A stretch of 64,000 nucleotides of DNA from Octopus sinensis (lineage: Eukaryota). Below the pieces are notes generated by a model, which was given only the letters and a program-made list of their open reading frames with translations, did not search any database and was not told the origin of the DNA. Every line of letters begins with the position of its first letter. Positions within the stretch are counted from its first letter, which is position 1. The position numbers and the translations under genes are program-made. This document shows positions 52,794 to 64,000 of the stretch, piece after piece. The DNA is taken from the NCBI RefSeq assembly GCF_006345805.1, contig NC_043004.1:23126001-23190000 (forward strand), in the 5' to 3' direction.

Positions 52794-53739
52794 TAACTCT
52801 TAAAACACAGGAACGCTATCCGCATCAAAACAATAGTTAAGTAAGTATTGTTGAAAGCATTAATCATATGCAGTTTCGCCAAAATATTTATCGTGATTCT
52901 GACATCGTTTAAACGCTGACTTAACATTTGATAACTGCGATAATGTATCACTTCCACTGTATTGGTTGGGTTATGAAGGACACTAATCTAAAACAAATTT
53001 ACGCCAAATCAGTCCGTTGTTATTTTCATAAATGTTTAGTAGATTGGTAGGCATCGATTCTGTTAACTTTTATATTCTTTGATATTCTGAGTGGAATCCT
53101 ATAATGTATCGCAAAGTCAACCTTTCTAATAATTGAACTTACATTTCCTATGCTTGAACAAGAAGCTGATGCTCAGTCAAACGTTCTTGACTTGAGCAGC
53201 TCGTCTGAGGTGGAGAAGACGTCAACAGTAAAATATAATTTTCTTGTAGATTTTAGGTTTTTTTGTATTAAATTTCACAATATATTTGACAAAGAATTAT
53301 GCTTTTGATCTGACTATGTTTAATAGCTGGCTCCTGTTCTGGTAAACGCAATTACCATTTCACTCTTTGTTGGAATGAAACTGAAGTGCTCATCTTTCAT
53401 GCCATTAGTCGCTCATCAAATGTTGTTGATAAAATGATAGATTTCGATGTTGTTAGCATTCATCTAGCTCCTTTAGCATTCTACGCCAATTTAAAATAAT
53501 TTAGGCGTGAAACGAAGAGTGATATTTTCCGTCTTAGAAGCATAACACAATTGAAGTTAGCGGAAATAATACATGAATAGTAATAAATATATATATATAT
53601 AATGTAATATCTTCACATATAATAGTTCCCGGCTTCCAGTAGGTGACCGACTTTCTCAGCTTTTGTTCAAAATGAAGAAAAATTATCAGAGTAAACTCGA
53701 GGTTGTACTTCTGTAAATAACCTTGGTAACAACATGAAT

Positions 53740-54348
53740 GGTTTCAAATTTTGGCAAAAAAACAGAAATTTCTGGGGGAAGGAACCATGTCGATTACATC
53801 GATCCCAATACTTGACTGATTATTTATTTTATCGATCATGAAAGGGTGCAAGGCGAAGATGAGCTCGGTGGAACAACAACAATAATAATAATAATGGTTT
53901 CAAATTTTGCCACAAAGGCAGCCAATTTGGGTGAGGCGATAAGTTGATTACATCGCCTCAGTGTTTCACTGGTTCTTAATTTATCGACCCCAAAAGGATG
54001 AAATGCAAAGCTGACCTCGGCGGAATTTGAACTCAGTGCGTAGCGGCAGACAAAATACTGCTGAGCATTTCGCCTGGCGTGCTAACGATCCAGCCAGCTC
54101 ACCACCTTAAAAAGAAATAATAATTATTATTATTATTTCTACTAAAGGCACAAGGCCTGAAATTTTGGTGAGAGGGGACTAGTCGATTACATGGACCATA
54201 GTGTTTCACTGGTGCTAAATTTATGGACCCCTAAAGGAACAAAGACAAAGTTGACCTCGGCGGAATTTGAACTCGGAACGTAGTGACGGGCGAAATAGCG
54301 CTAAGCATTTCGTTCAGCGCGCTATCGATTCTGCCAGCTCGCCGTCTT
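53740..54348 (-). mobile_element. Array of three head-to-tail family A SINEs separated by (AAT)n
   Basis: Repeated GTCGATTACAT.G.CC.CAGTGTTTCACTGGT...TGACCTCGGCGGAATTTGAACTC...GCCAGCTC.CC.CCTTAA. Confidence 0.85.
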
Positions 54349-55491
54349 AATAATAATAAATAATAATAATAATAATAAATAGTCAAATCAAGAAAGCATG
54401 CCAAAATACTCATAAACATAATAATACACAAAGGTGGACAATATCAAATCTTGTCGTCAACCGGATTCGTAGAATCGTATGCGTTTTGTAATTAATAATT
54501 CTAATGCCAATTATACATTATTCCCCATTGCCCATTCAAAATATTTACATTTGACAGCGCATTAGTTTCTTCGTATGTTTTGATTCAGTGTACCATTTTG
54601 CAATATGTCAGCATATATCACGCTAACGCTGAGGGATCCAGACATGTCAAATTTACCTTTCGAAGATCTATTACAAACGGAAGTTCATTTCACAGCAGAT
54701 AGAAATCAGTAACGTCTACAAATACGCATGCTCTGAACTATTCTCTTTAACTTTTTCTCATCTCATTTCTTTATGTGTGTGTGTATGTGTATCCATATAT
54801 ATATATATATATATAATATATATATATATTATATATATATATATATTGCTTTCCAGTGAAGCTTTTAATTATATCTTTATATATATATTTTTGTCCCTTC
54901 TTTTCTATTTACTCCTCAATTTCTTTCATTCTACCAGTTTTCTCCTTTTCCTTTCCTTCTCTTTTCTTTTCTTTCTCTTTCTCTAACACACACACATATC
55001 TCTCCCTCCATTTCTCACCCGCTCTCTCCACTCCCACTCTCTTCATCTCTTTCCCTCTCTTTCTCCTTGCTCTCTCTCCTGGTCCTCTTTCTCTCTCTTT
55101 CCCTCTCTTACACAAAAACGCACAAACACACGAGCATTAACACATAAACGGAATTTCTACCTATATACGAAATCAATATATTTGGTCGTTAAAGAAAAAA
55201 AAACGAGACAATACCACTGACGTCTACACGTAATTCACCAAAACAGTTTAGCAATAATCCTCTATTTATTTCTCTGTGCCGTATTATACCGTTACATCTC
55301 GTTATAATTTCGATTTTAAAAAAAAGCGTTCAACTTCTTTATCTCACACCTAATAAACATTCGTTTCTGAGCTCATTTGGGGAAAGCTTTCTGACATTAA
55401 TTTCCGGAGAGATCTTTCAAACTTTCTTTAAAGCTTTTATTAACTCTGCCCAGTATTATCTAGTATTTATATTGTTTATTATTTTTATTCT

Positions 55492-55859
55492 TATTACTTC
55501 CGCCTTAGCGAAGGCAGAGGTATTGTTTCAGTTGCATTTGTTTGTTTGTTTGTTGTCCATGGACAAGATATCTCAAGAACCGCTGGATGAATTCGGATGG
55601 AACCTTCCGAGATATTTGGCTCGTGACTGGCACGAACTTAGATTTTGGGATCGATCCGGTACCGGACAAGGATTCTGGATTATTTTTCCGGTTTTTTTTT
55701 TTTACATAATTTTTGAGAGCGGAAGGGTTCATTTTTAGTATTCTCGTTTGTGAGAGCAGTGGAACTTATTTCAGATATTCTCGTTCTAAAAATTACTTAT
55801 GGCTAATCGTTGAGAGGATGTTGGTGTTGCCTTGGCGGAAGTTTGTACTCTCTGAGTGC

Positions 55860-55861
<2 letters not shown>
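55492..55861 (+). mobile_element. Helentron-associated non-autonomous element (HINE/DINE-1-like)
   Basis: Subterminal inverted repeats ACTTCCGCC (55496-55504) and GGCGGAAGT (55834-55842). 5' hairpin GCCTT-AGCG-AAGGC. (GTTT)n near the 5' end. 3' hairpin GTACTC-TCT-GAGTGC. T-rich flanks. Confidence 0.65.
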
Positions 55862-55920
<59 letters not shown>

Positions 55921-55921
<1 letters not shown>

Positions 55922-56521
55922 TATGTTTGACTTTTACTTTACATTTGCACAAGCTGGCTCCAAGTCTCACCCAGACACCTCAAGAGACAACAAGTTGGAA
56001 GTTCATGTTGGTGTTATGCCTAGGGTGCCATATATTTGGTCTTGTATTTAGTGTTGTACTAATGAATGCCTAAAACACCATACGAAAATTGTTTGTTTTA
56101 AAACTTGAGATTACATAGAAAGTATTTTGCGTAGGATATGAGCAGTTCCCATGAGCACTATCTTTTGAATTTATGCCATTTGGGGGTTTGCTGGTATCTG
56201 AGTTAGGTAGCAATCATCCCCTTTTGCTATCATTCCCAGGGCACCTATGACAACAGGTATTGTCTTAGTCTTCAGGTTCCAGATTTTGCTGATTTCTATT
56301 TCCAGATCTTTATATTTGCTCGGTTTCTGGTAGGTCTTGACAGATACGTTTCTATCGATTGGGACAGTCATATCAATGAGGAGGCATGGTTTTTGTCTGA
56401 AGTCTTTTACTATGATGCCTGGCCTATTCGAATGTATCTTTCTGTCAGTTTGATTGGTGAATTCCAGAGGAGTGAGATGTGGTCATTTTCAAGCACTGGA
56501 GGTGGTTTGTGTTCCCACCAG

Positions 56522-56523
<2 letters not shown>
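55921..56523 (-). mobile_element. R4/Dong-clade (RLE) non-LTR retrotransposon 3' end, copy 1 (603 bp)
   Basis: DWWEHKPPPVLENDHISLLWNSPI-(frameshift)-NRPGIIVKD...LLIDMTVPIDRNV...KYKDLEIEISKIWNLKTKTIPVVIGALG...QKIVLMGTAHILRKIL* is a PD-(D/E)xK-type RLE domain. Flanked by (TAA)n. Confidence 0.85.
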
Positions 56524-56593
<70 letters not shown>

Positions 56594-56594
<1 letters not shown>

Positions 56595-57194
56595 TATGTT
56601 TGACTTTTACTTTACATTTGCACAAGCTGGCTCCAAGTCTCACCCAGACACCTCAAGAGACAACAAGTTGGAAGTTCATGTTGGTGTTATGCCTAGGGTG
56701 CCATATATTTGGTCTTGTATTTAGTGTTGTACTAATGAATGCCTAAAACACCATACGAAAATTGTTTGTTTTAAAACTTGAGATTACATAGAAAGTATTT
56801 TGCGTAGGATATGAGCAGTTCCCATGAGCACTATCTTTTGAATTTATGCCATTTGGGGGTTTGCTGGTATCTGAGTTAGGTAGCAATCATCCCCTTTTGC
56901 TATCATTCCCAGGGCACCTATGACAACAGGTATTGTCTTAGTCTTCAGGTTCCAGATTTTGCTGATTTCTATTTCCAGATCTTTATATTTGCTCGGTTTC
57001 TGGTAGGTCTTGACAGATACGTTTCTATCGATTGGGACAGTCATATCAATGAGGAGGCATGGTTTTTGTCTGAAGTCTTTTACTATGATGCCTGGCCTAT
57101 TCGAATGTATCTTTCTGTCAGTTTGATTGGTGAATTCCAGAGGAGTGAGATGTGGTCATTTTCAAGCACTGGAGGTGGTTTGTGTTCCCACCAG

Positions 57195-57196
<2 letters not shown>
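56594..57196 (-). mobile_element. R4/Dong-clade 3' end, copy 2 (603 bp), apparently identical to copy 1
   Basis: Same 5' truncation point, same stop and frameshift, identical ORF-track translations. Period 673 bp. Confidence 0.85.
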
Positions 57197-57262
<66 letters not shown>

Positions 57263-58300
57263 GTGGTGAATTGGTAGAATCGACAAAAATGCCTAGCAGC
57301 ATTCCTTCCGGCTTTACATTCTGAGTTCAAATACTGCCGGTGTGGATAAAATAAGTACTAGTCAAGCACTAGGTCGATGCAATTGACTAGTCCCTTTCCT
57401 TAAAATTTCAAACTTTGTGCCAATAGAACAAAGGATTTTTATCATTATTAAAAAGCGGCGAGCTGGCAGAACCTTTAATACACTGGGCATAATGTTTAGC
57501 GGAATTTTGTCCGTGTTTACGTCCTGAGTTCAATTTCCGCTCAGGTCGACTTTGTCTTTTATCCTTTGGGGGTTGATAAAGTAAGTACCAGTTGAGTACC
57601 AGGGCGATGTAATCGACTTACCGCCTCTCCCGAAATTGCCGACTTTGTGCTAAAATTGAAAAAGGAGGCGAGCTGGTAGAATCGTTACCGCACCGGACAA
57701 AAGCGCATAGTGGCTTTTCTTCTGGCTCTTTAAATCCTCACTTCAAATGCCTCCGAGGTTAATACTGTCTTTCCTTCTTCCCTGCTCAATAAAATAAAAT
57801 ACCAGTCAAGTAATGAGGTTATGTAATTTACCAACCCTGTTTTCTCAAAAACTCTAGCCTGGTGCCAAAATTTGAAAGCATTATTATAGCTTAGGTGACA
57901 AGCTGGCTGCATCGTTAGCATACCAGACAAAATGAATAGCGGCTTTTAATCCGTCTTTATGTTCTGAGTTCAAATTCATCCGAGATTGGTTTTGACTTCC
58001 ATCCCCTTCCCAAATTCAACCCTTCGGGGCCCAATAAATTAAGCGCTGGAGTTGACTAGTACCGACCCCCAAAAATTGAGGCCTTGTTCTTTTAGAAGAT
58101 AGGGTTATTATTCTTGTTGCCCTAAAGGCGGCGAGTCAGTAGAATCATGAGCACTCCGAACAAAATACTGAACCGCATTTCGTCCGCCTTCTGAGTTCAA
58201 ACTCCACCGAGGCCAACTTTGCTTTTCATCATTTCGGTGGCGACGAAATAAGTACCAGTTGAGCACTGCGGTCATTATAATCGACCTTCCTTCTTTCCCT
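57263..58300 (+). mobile_element. Array of five diverged head-to-tail family A SINEs
   Basis: Heads at about 57263, 57454, 57665, 57893 and 58126 (GGCG.CGAGCTGGCAGAA-like), each ending in ..TTGTGCC.....TGAA/AGAA..ATT. Confidence 0.85.
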
Positions 58301-60294
58301 CTTCTACAGCTCTTCTACAAACGATTATTAAGATATAAAAGCAGAATATCATCGACTACTTCATGGATATTAATTTACAGTTTTGGAACCAGACTAAAAA
58401 TCGTATTATACATGCATACACTCAGAGAAAGAAACATGGGTTGAATTAGTCATTTGTATCCATTTCATTACCCTCCAGCTTGACTAAACATATGACAACA
58501 TGTTCAATAAAGTGGTAAATTAAATACTTCAGAACTACGTATTCGAGTTTTTTAATCTGCTTTGGAGGTGTTCGTATAGTGATGTCACGAACAGGAAACG
58601 ATGGTAACATATTGTTAAAAACATTGGTAATAAGAACATTTGATTTCCTTTCTACATTACCAGTAATTTCTGTGGGTTAGTTGTTGCTTGTCTTTCTATT
58701 AAATCTTGAAGTCGTTGAAGTCTTATAATATATGTAAATATATCTAAACATTTTTTTGGTGTAAATCAGTATATTTGATATACATAATCACGTTTCTATA
58801 TTCAATATTTTTTTCATAAATGCTTCATATATATATATTACCTATGTATATATTTAAGTGTGTAAAAGCGTTCGCGCGTGTGTGTATATATCACACCTAC
58901 AAATGTTGTTTCTGTCATGCACACAGTTGCATACGCATATAAATTGAATGGCACGCGTGGAAATATTTTCCGGTCTCCAGAATGCAATAAAAAATGTCTT
59001 GTAATATAACCATACTGTAAAACAGAGGTGAAAATATGGGGACATTTGAAATCAACTGGGATTTAAAAATCTCACAAATTCTGTAATACTTCTAAGCCCC
59101 ATCAAACGTCACTGACCCTCCCGAGGGATATTCGAGAACTGATTGTGTGAGTGTGAGAATATACTGTGAGACAACATGTGCCATGATTATTGATTATAGC
59201 AAGGAAGAAAGTCGAATATTTGAAGCATATGATATTCAATCTATTGAGAATATATAAATCTGAATATTTATATCTGCTTTCTTTGCGTATTGTCTTTTTT
59301 ACGTGCGAAAACTAATTAGTTTGACATGCATATCTTTTAGAAAGGATGCCTCCAGATATTAGGAACCAGAATCAAAATGGAGTGTTGCAAAAACGTCGAT
59401 GTTCATGTTCATACACGGATACACACTAACACATACACACCACATACACACATACATATACGCATATAAACATACATACATACGTATAGTGGTAAGGATA
59501 TCTTTGATTACGTTATATGAATCCTATTTGATATAATAGTTCGAAATCTAAATGGCTATATAGGAAAAATATATTACTTTTAAAGGTGAGAGAGAAAGAC
59601 AAGACACAGATTTACCGAGATAGACTGGAAAACACTGAGGAAAAAATAACTATATCGCGTTACATATATACATACATATATACATAATACATACATACAT
59701 GTATACATACATATATGTATACGTGATGTGTGTGTGTTCGCGTCTGCGTGTGCGTGCGTGTGTGTGTTTGTGAGTGTGCAGAGAGTGAGGGAATAGAGAG
59801 AAAGGAGAGGCAGAAAGGAGAAAATGGAGAGACAGCATGTTAGAAAGAATAGAACAACAGATGTTATATATATATGAGACAGATCTATGCTCGGTATTAG
59901 TGTTGATTTGGTTTCTCTTAAATAATTTAAGATGAAATAGAATCCATGAAGACCAGTGTTGGTCTGCATCGGTAAGACTTGTATTATTGGGAAAAAGTGA
60001 TAGAAGGAATGCAGTGGAATTGCCGAGGCATGTGGAATATCCAGTGTTAAAGTTGTAGTGTCATATTATTAACTGTTGCAAAACCTTAGTGAAGATTGTG
60101 GTTTTTGGTCAGATTATTTGGTGTGGAAAGATAAAGATACCGCAATTTCTATCTAGTATTTTCATCTGAGAGTGAGATGAGAAAAGACAGAAACAGACAG
60201 ACTGACAGACAAACAGAGTAAGTAAGTGGGAGACAGGAACAGTGAGAAAAGGGAAGAGGGAGAGAAAAGTGTTCTGCAATAAAGGTTAGGCTGT

Positions 60295-60501
60295 GCTAGC
60301 TTGGCTGTGTGGTAAAGAAGTTTACTTCCTAACTACGTGGTTTCGGGTTCAGTCTGACTGAGTAGCTCCTTGACTAAGTCTTCTACTAGAGACCCGGGAC
60401 GGACCGAAGCCTTGGTTGAGGAAAACTAAAAGAAGCCCTCTTACACACAACACACACCTTCATAATACATACTCACATACACGCACGCACAAATATATAT
60501 A

Positions 60502-60545
<44 letters not shown>

Positions 60546-60985
60546 TATATAGGTATATGCATAATCTATGTATGTGTGACATTGTGCTTATGTTTGTCTC
60601 CTGCCTCCACCGGTTAACAGCACGTGTTGCTTTCCTTACTAACTTTGCGATTCAACAACAGAAACCGATAAAAATAAGTATCAGACTTCGCGAAAAAACA
60701 AGTGGGACGATTTTTTCAACTAAGCCTTTCAAGTCGGTACCCCAGCAATGCTGCAGTCGAACGACCGAAACATGTAATGCGTGTGTGTATGTGTGTGTGT
60801 GTGTGTGTGTGTGTCATTGTGTTACTTTTCCACCACCGCTTGACAACCGGTGTTGATTTGTTTACGTCCCCGTAACTTAAAGTTTCTGAAAGCAAAAATA
60901 GTTTTAGGGATGATTTATTCGACTTAACCCTACAAGGCAGTGCCCCAGTTTGTCTAATGACTAAAGTGAGTAAAAGGTAAGAGAT
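60295..60985 (+). mobile_element. Family B SINE head followed by two tandem 3' halves, separated by microsatellites
   Basis: Head at 60295-60440. 3' halves at about 60590-60778 and 60810-60985. Confidence 0.65.
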
Positions 60986-61099
60986 AATGCAGGCAATACA
61001 TATACATTATGAGGAATAAGTAAAGATAGAACAAGAAGACAAAGAGAAATGAGTGCTACTTGTAACTCAATGACGAGAGTGATAGAATGAAGTGCATGT

Positions 61100-61920
61100 A
61101 TGAGGGGGTAAGTCAGTCACATCACCCCAGTACTCAACTGGTACTCATTGTATCGACCCCGGAAGGAAGAACGACAAAGTCGATCTCAGCGGAATTTGAA
61201 CTCGGAATGTAAAAACGGATGAATTAACGCTAAGCAATTTACCTTGCGTGCTAACAATTCTGTCAGCTCGCCGTCTGTTTCTGTCTTAATAAACCTTTCT
61301 ACTAAAAGCACAATACCTGAAATTTGGTGGGGGGAAGGGGAGTAGTCGATTACAACGATCCCAGTGTTTCCCTGGTACTCAATTTATTGATCCTGAAAGG
61401 ATGAAAGGCAAAGTCGATCTCTGTGGAATTTGAACTCAGAATGTTGCGACGGGCGAAATACCGCTAAGCATTTCGTCCAGCGGGCCAGTTAACCGCCATT
61501 TTCTGTTTTAGTAATCCTTTCTACTAATAGGCACAAGGTCTGAAATTTTAGGGTAGGAGACTAGTCGATTACATCTACCCCAGTGTTTCACTGGTACTTA
61601 TTTTATCGATCTCGAAAGGCTGAAAGGCAAAGTCGACTTCGGCAGAATTTTAACTCAAAACGTAGCGACGGGCGAAATACCTATTTCTATTTCTTTACTA
61701 CCCACAAGGGGCAAAACACAGAAAGGACAAATAAGGACAGACAAATGGATTAAGTCGATTACATCGACCCCAGTGCGTAACTGGTGCTTAATTTATCCAC
61801 CCCGAAAGGATGAAAGGCAAAGTCGACCTCGGCGGAATTTGAACTCAGAACGTAACGGCAGACGAAATACCGCAAAGCATTTCGCCCGGCGTGCTAACGT
61901 TTCTGCAAGCTTGCCGCCTT
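61100..61920 (-). mobile_element. Array of four head-to-tail family A SINEs, the last with a longer-tailed variant
   Basis: Repeats of GTCGATTACATCGACCCCAGTG...GAAAGGATGAAAGGCAAAGTCGACCTCGGCGGAATTTGAACTCAGAACGTA at roughly 200-bp spacing. Confidence 0.9.
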
Positions 61921-62395
61921 TTACTATCTTAATAATGATATCTATTTTTACTAAGCCTACAAATTCATGCAAGAGAAATATCTCGTTCCTTATAATCATT
62001 GAACTATTTTTGCATTTTTATTTATTTAGAACAATTTAGTCAGCAGACAGGATTCAAAATACTTTATTTTTCCATTTTTCTGACTTTTCCCATGACAATA
62101 TTTGCTATTCTGGTCAGCCTATTCTCATCTTATTTCTCCTCCCTTGTCATTCCTATTATTTTTTACTGTTGATACTGTATATTTTTTTTTTTGGTTGTAG
62201 ATTTGCAGAATCTCTGATCTCAAACTGTCTTGATCTCTATCTGCTATATCTTGTATTCTTTTCTATTTGTATCAATGAATATTTATTAAATATAGTCTCT
62301 ACAAACCTTGACTTTCGAAATTAATTGCTATGTCTGGGTAGTAAATTTATTCTCTCTCTTCCTCTCACTCCTTCTCTCTCCCTCCCCTTTCTCTG

Positions 62396-62506
<111 letters not shown>

Positions 62507-63064
62507 TACATCTCTGTCTTTCTGATTTTTTTCCTGTCTCCCAATTTTGACCATGACAATTATTCCTATTCTGATCAGGCTATTCTCGTATTATTTCTTT
62601 TTTCTTCCTATTCTTATTATTTCTACTGTGTATTTATGTCGTAGATATGCAAAAGTTCCGATCTCTAACAGTCTTGATCTATGTCTTCTTTATATCTTCT
62701 ATTTCTTTCTCATTTATCCCGCCAAGATTCATTATACGATTCACGGTTTTCAGAATTGCCTACTTAGTACCCTTCACCTTAACGTAGTGACGACTAAAAT
62801 AAGATGGCTGCTTCCGCTCTATCCCAAACTCATGCAGAGATGGTTGTTACTCCCAACACTGGCCAAAATAGTCAATTAAACTGTATTAATGAATATTTAT
62901 TGAAAACGGGATTCATGCAAATATTGATTATTGAAAATAATTAAAATATCGATGCAGTTGACTTGTGTCTTTCAGTTTTAATTGGTCCCTGATTAATATT
63001 CACACTAGGGACAAGTTTTCGATTTCGAGATGTATGGCTTTTCGCCAACATTATAAACTATTGT

Positions 63065-63310
63065 TATTTGGCAGAATCGTTAGCACGCCGGGCGAAATAT
63101 ATCGCGGCATTCGTCCGTCTTTACGTTCTGAGTTCACATTCCACCGTGAACGACTTTTCACTTCATCCTTTCAGAGTCAATACTTTAAGTGCAAGTGAAA
63201 CATTAGGGTCAATTCAATCGACTAGTCCCCTCCCCACAAAACTTCAGGCATTGTGTCTTTAGTAGAAAGGATTATTACTATTTTCATCGTTATTATCATC
63301 ATCATTATTA

Positions 63311-63353
<43 letters not shown>

Positions 63354-63857
63354 GGCGGTGATCTAACAGAATCCTTAGCACGCTAGGCAAAATACTTAGC
63401 GGCCTTTCGTCCTTCTTTACGTTCTGAGTTCAAATTTCACTGAGGTCGAATTTGCCTTTCATCTTTTCGGGTAGATAAAGTAAGTGCCAGTTGAGCACTT
63501 GGGTCGATGTATCCGACATAGTCCCTACCCCGATATTGCTGGCCTTGTACCAGTTGAACAGTAGGTTCGAGGTATCAATTAGCCCTCCACTCCCCCAAAT
63601 TTCAGGCCTTTTTCTCTATAATAGTAAGAACTATCAAGATATCTGGTGATAAGCTTGTAGGATATGCAGAACAAAATGTATAGCATCATTTCCTCCTTCT
63701 CTAACTTGTGACTTTAAATTCCGCCGAGCAGCTTTGCCTTTCATCTTTTCGGGGTCGATAAAGTAAGTACCAGCTGATAACTGAAGTCGATGTAATTAAC
63801 TAGGGCCCCCTCCTACACAAAATTCAGATCTTCTGCCTATAGTAGAAAGGATTATTT
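63065..63857 (+). mobile_element. Array of 3-4 family A SINEs linked by (ATT)n tails
   Basis: Heads at about 63065, 63352 and 63650. Tails end AGTAGAAAGGATTATT. Confidence 0.85.
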
Positions 63858-64000
63858 TTATTATGATAACACATAAATTATTCAAGCGCATATCCAAATG
63901 CACTAACGGTTCGCTGACATATTGTTTCCAATACTTACACACTGTTCCGATGCTGCTACTACAACTTGAACTCACCTCAAATATCTTCTGAAAGGAACAA

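Noticed and set aside
55921-55970. Similarity between the R4 3' end (CTTGTGCAAA) and the family A SINE tail (CTTGTGCCAAAA) as a LINE-SINE partnership
   Set aside because: Only about 10 nt match, and the tail repeats are opposite in sense ((AAT)n vs (ATT)n).

Overview
AT-rich, repeat-dominated eukaryotic DNA, most likely from an octopus (inferred from the tRNA-derived SINE families and the (TA)n/(TG)n/(TTA)n density). No complete protein-coding gene, rRNA, true tRNA gene or CRISPR array can be supported. Almost all ORFs in the track come from microsatellites or transposon debris. Well-supported content: at least three tRNA-headed SINE families (one in head-to-tail arrays of 2-5 copies, one Meta-domain-like copy with TSD); Penelope-like (PLE), Tx1/L1, R4/Dong and RTE retroelement relics; a 681-bp MITE with about 215-bp TIRs; a canonical non-autonomous Helitron; a Helentron-type HINE; several perfect or near-perfect hairpins. 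Most notable: (1) an island at about 22-26 kb where inverted repeats and several hammerhead-ribozyme motifs, one of them a complete type I fold at 24844-24934, sit between very long TA tracts; (2) an ORF1-only Tx1-like retrocopy with a 16-bp TSD inserted into a SINE tRNA head; (3) an exact tandem dimer of an R4/Dong 3' end in (TAA)n; (4) a possible decayed Cys-loop receptor ectodomain at 21.6-22.05 kb. A few weak spliced-exon and promoter candidates lie on the minus strand. All alignments were made by eye and no database searches were run.
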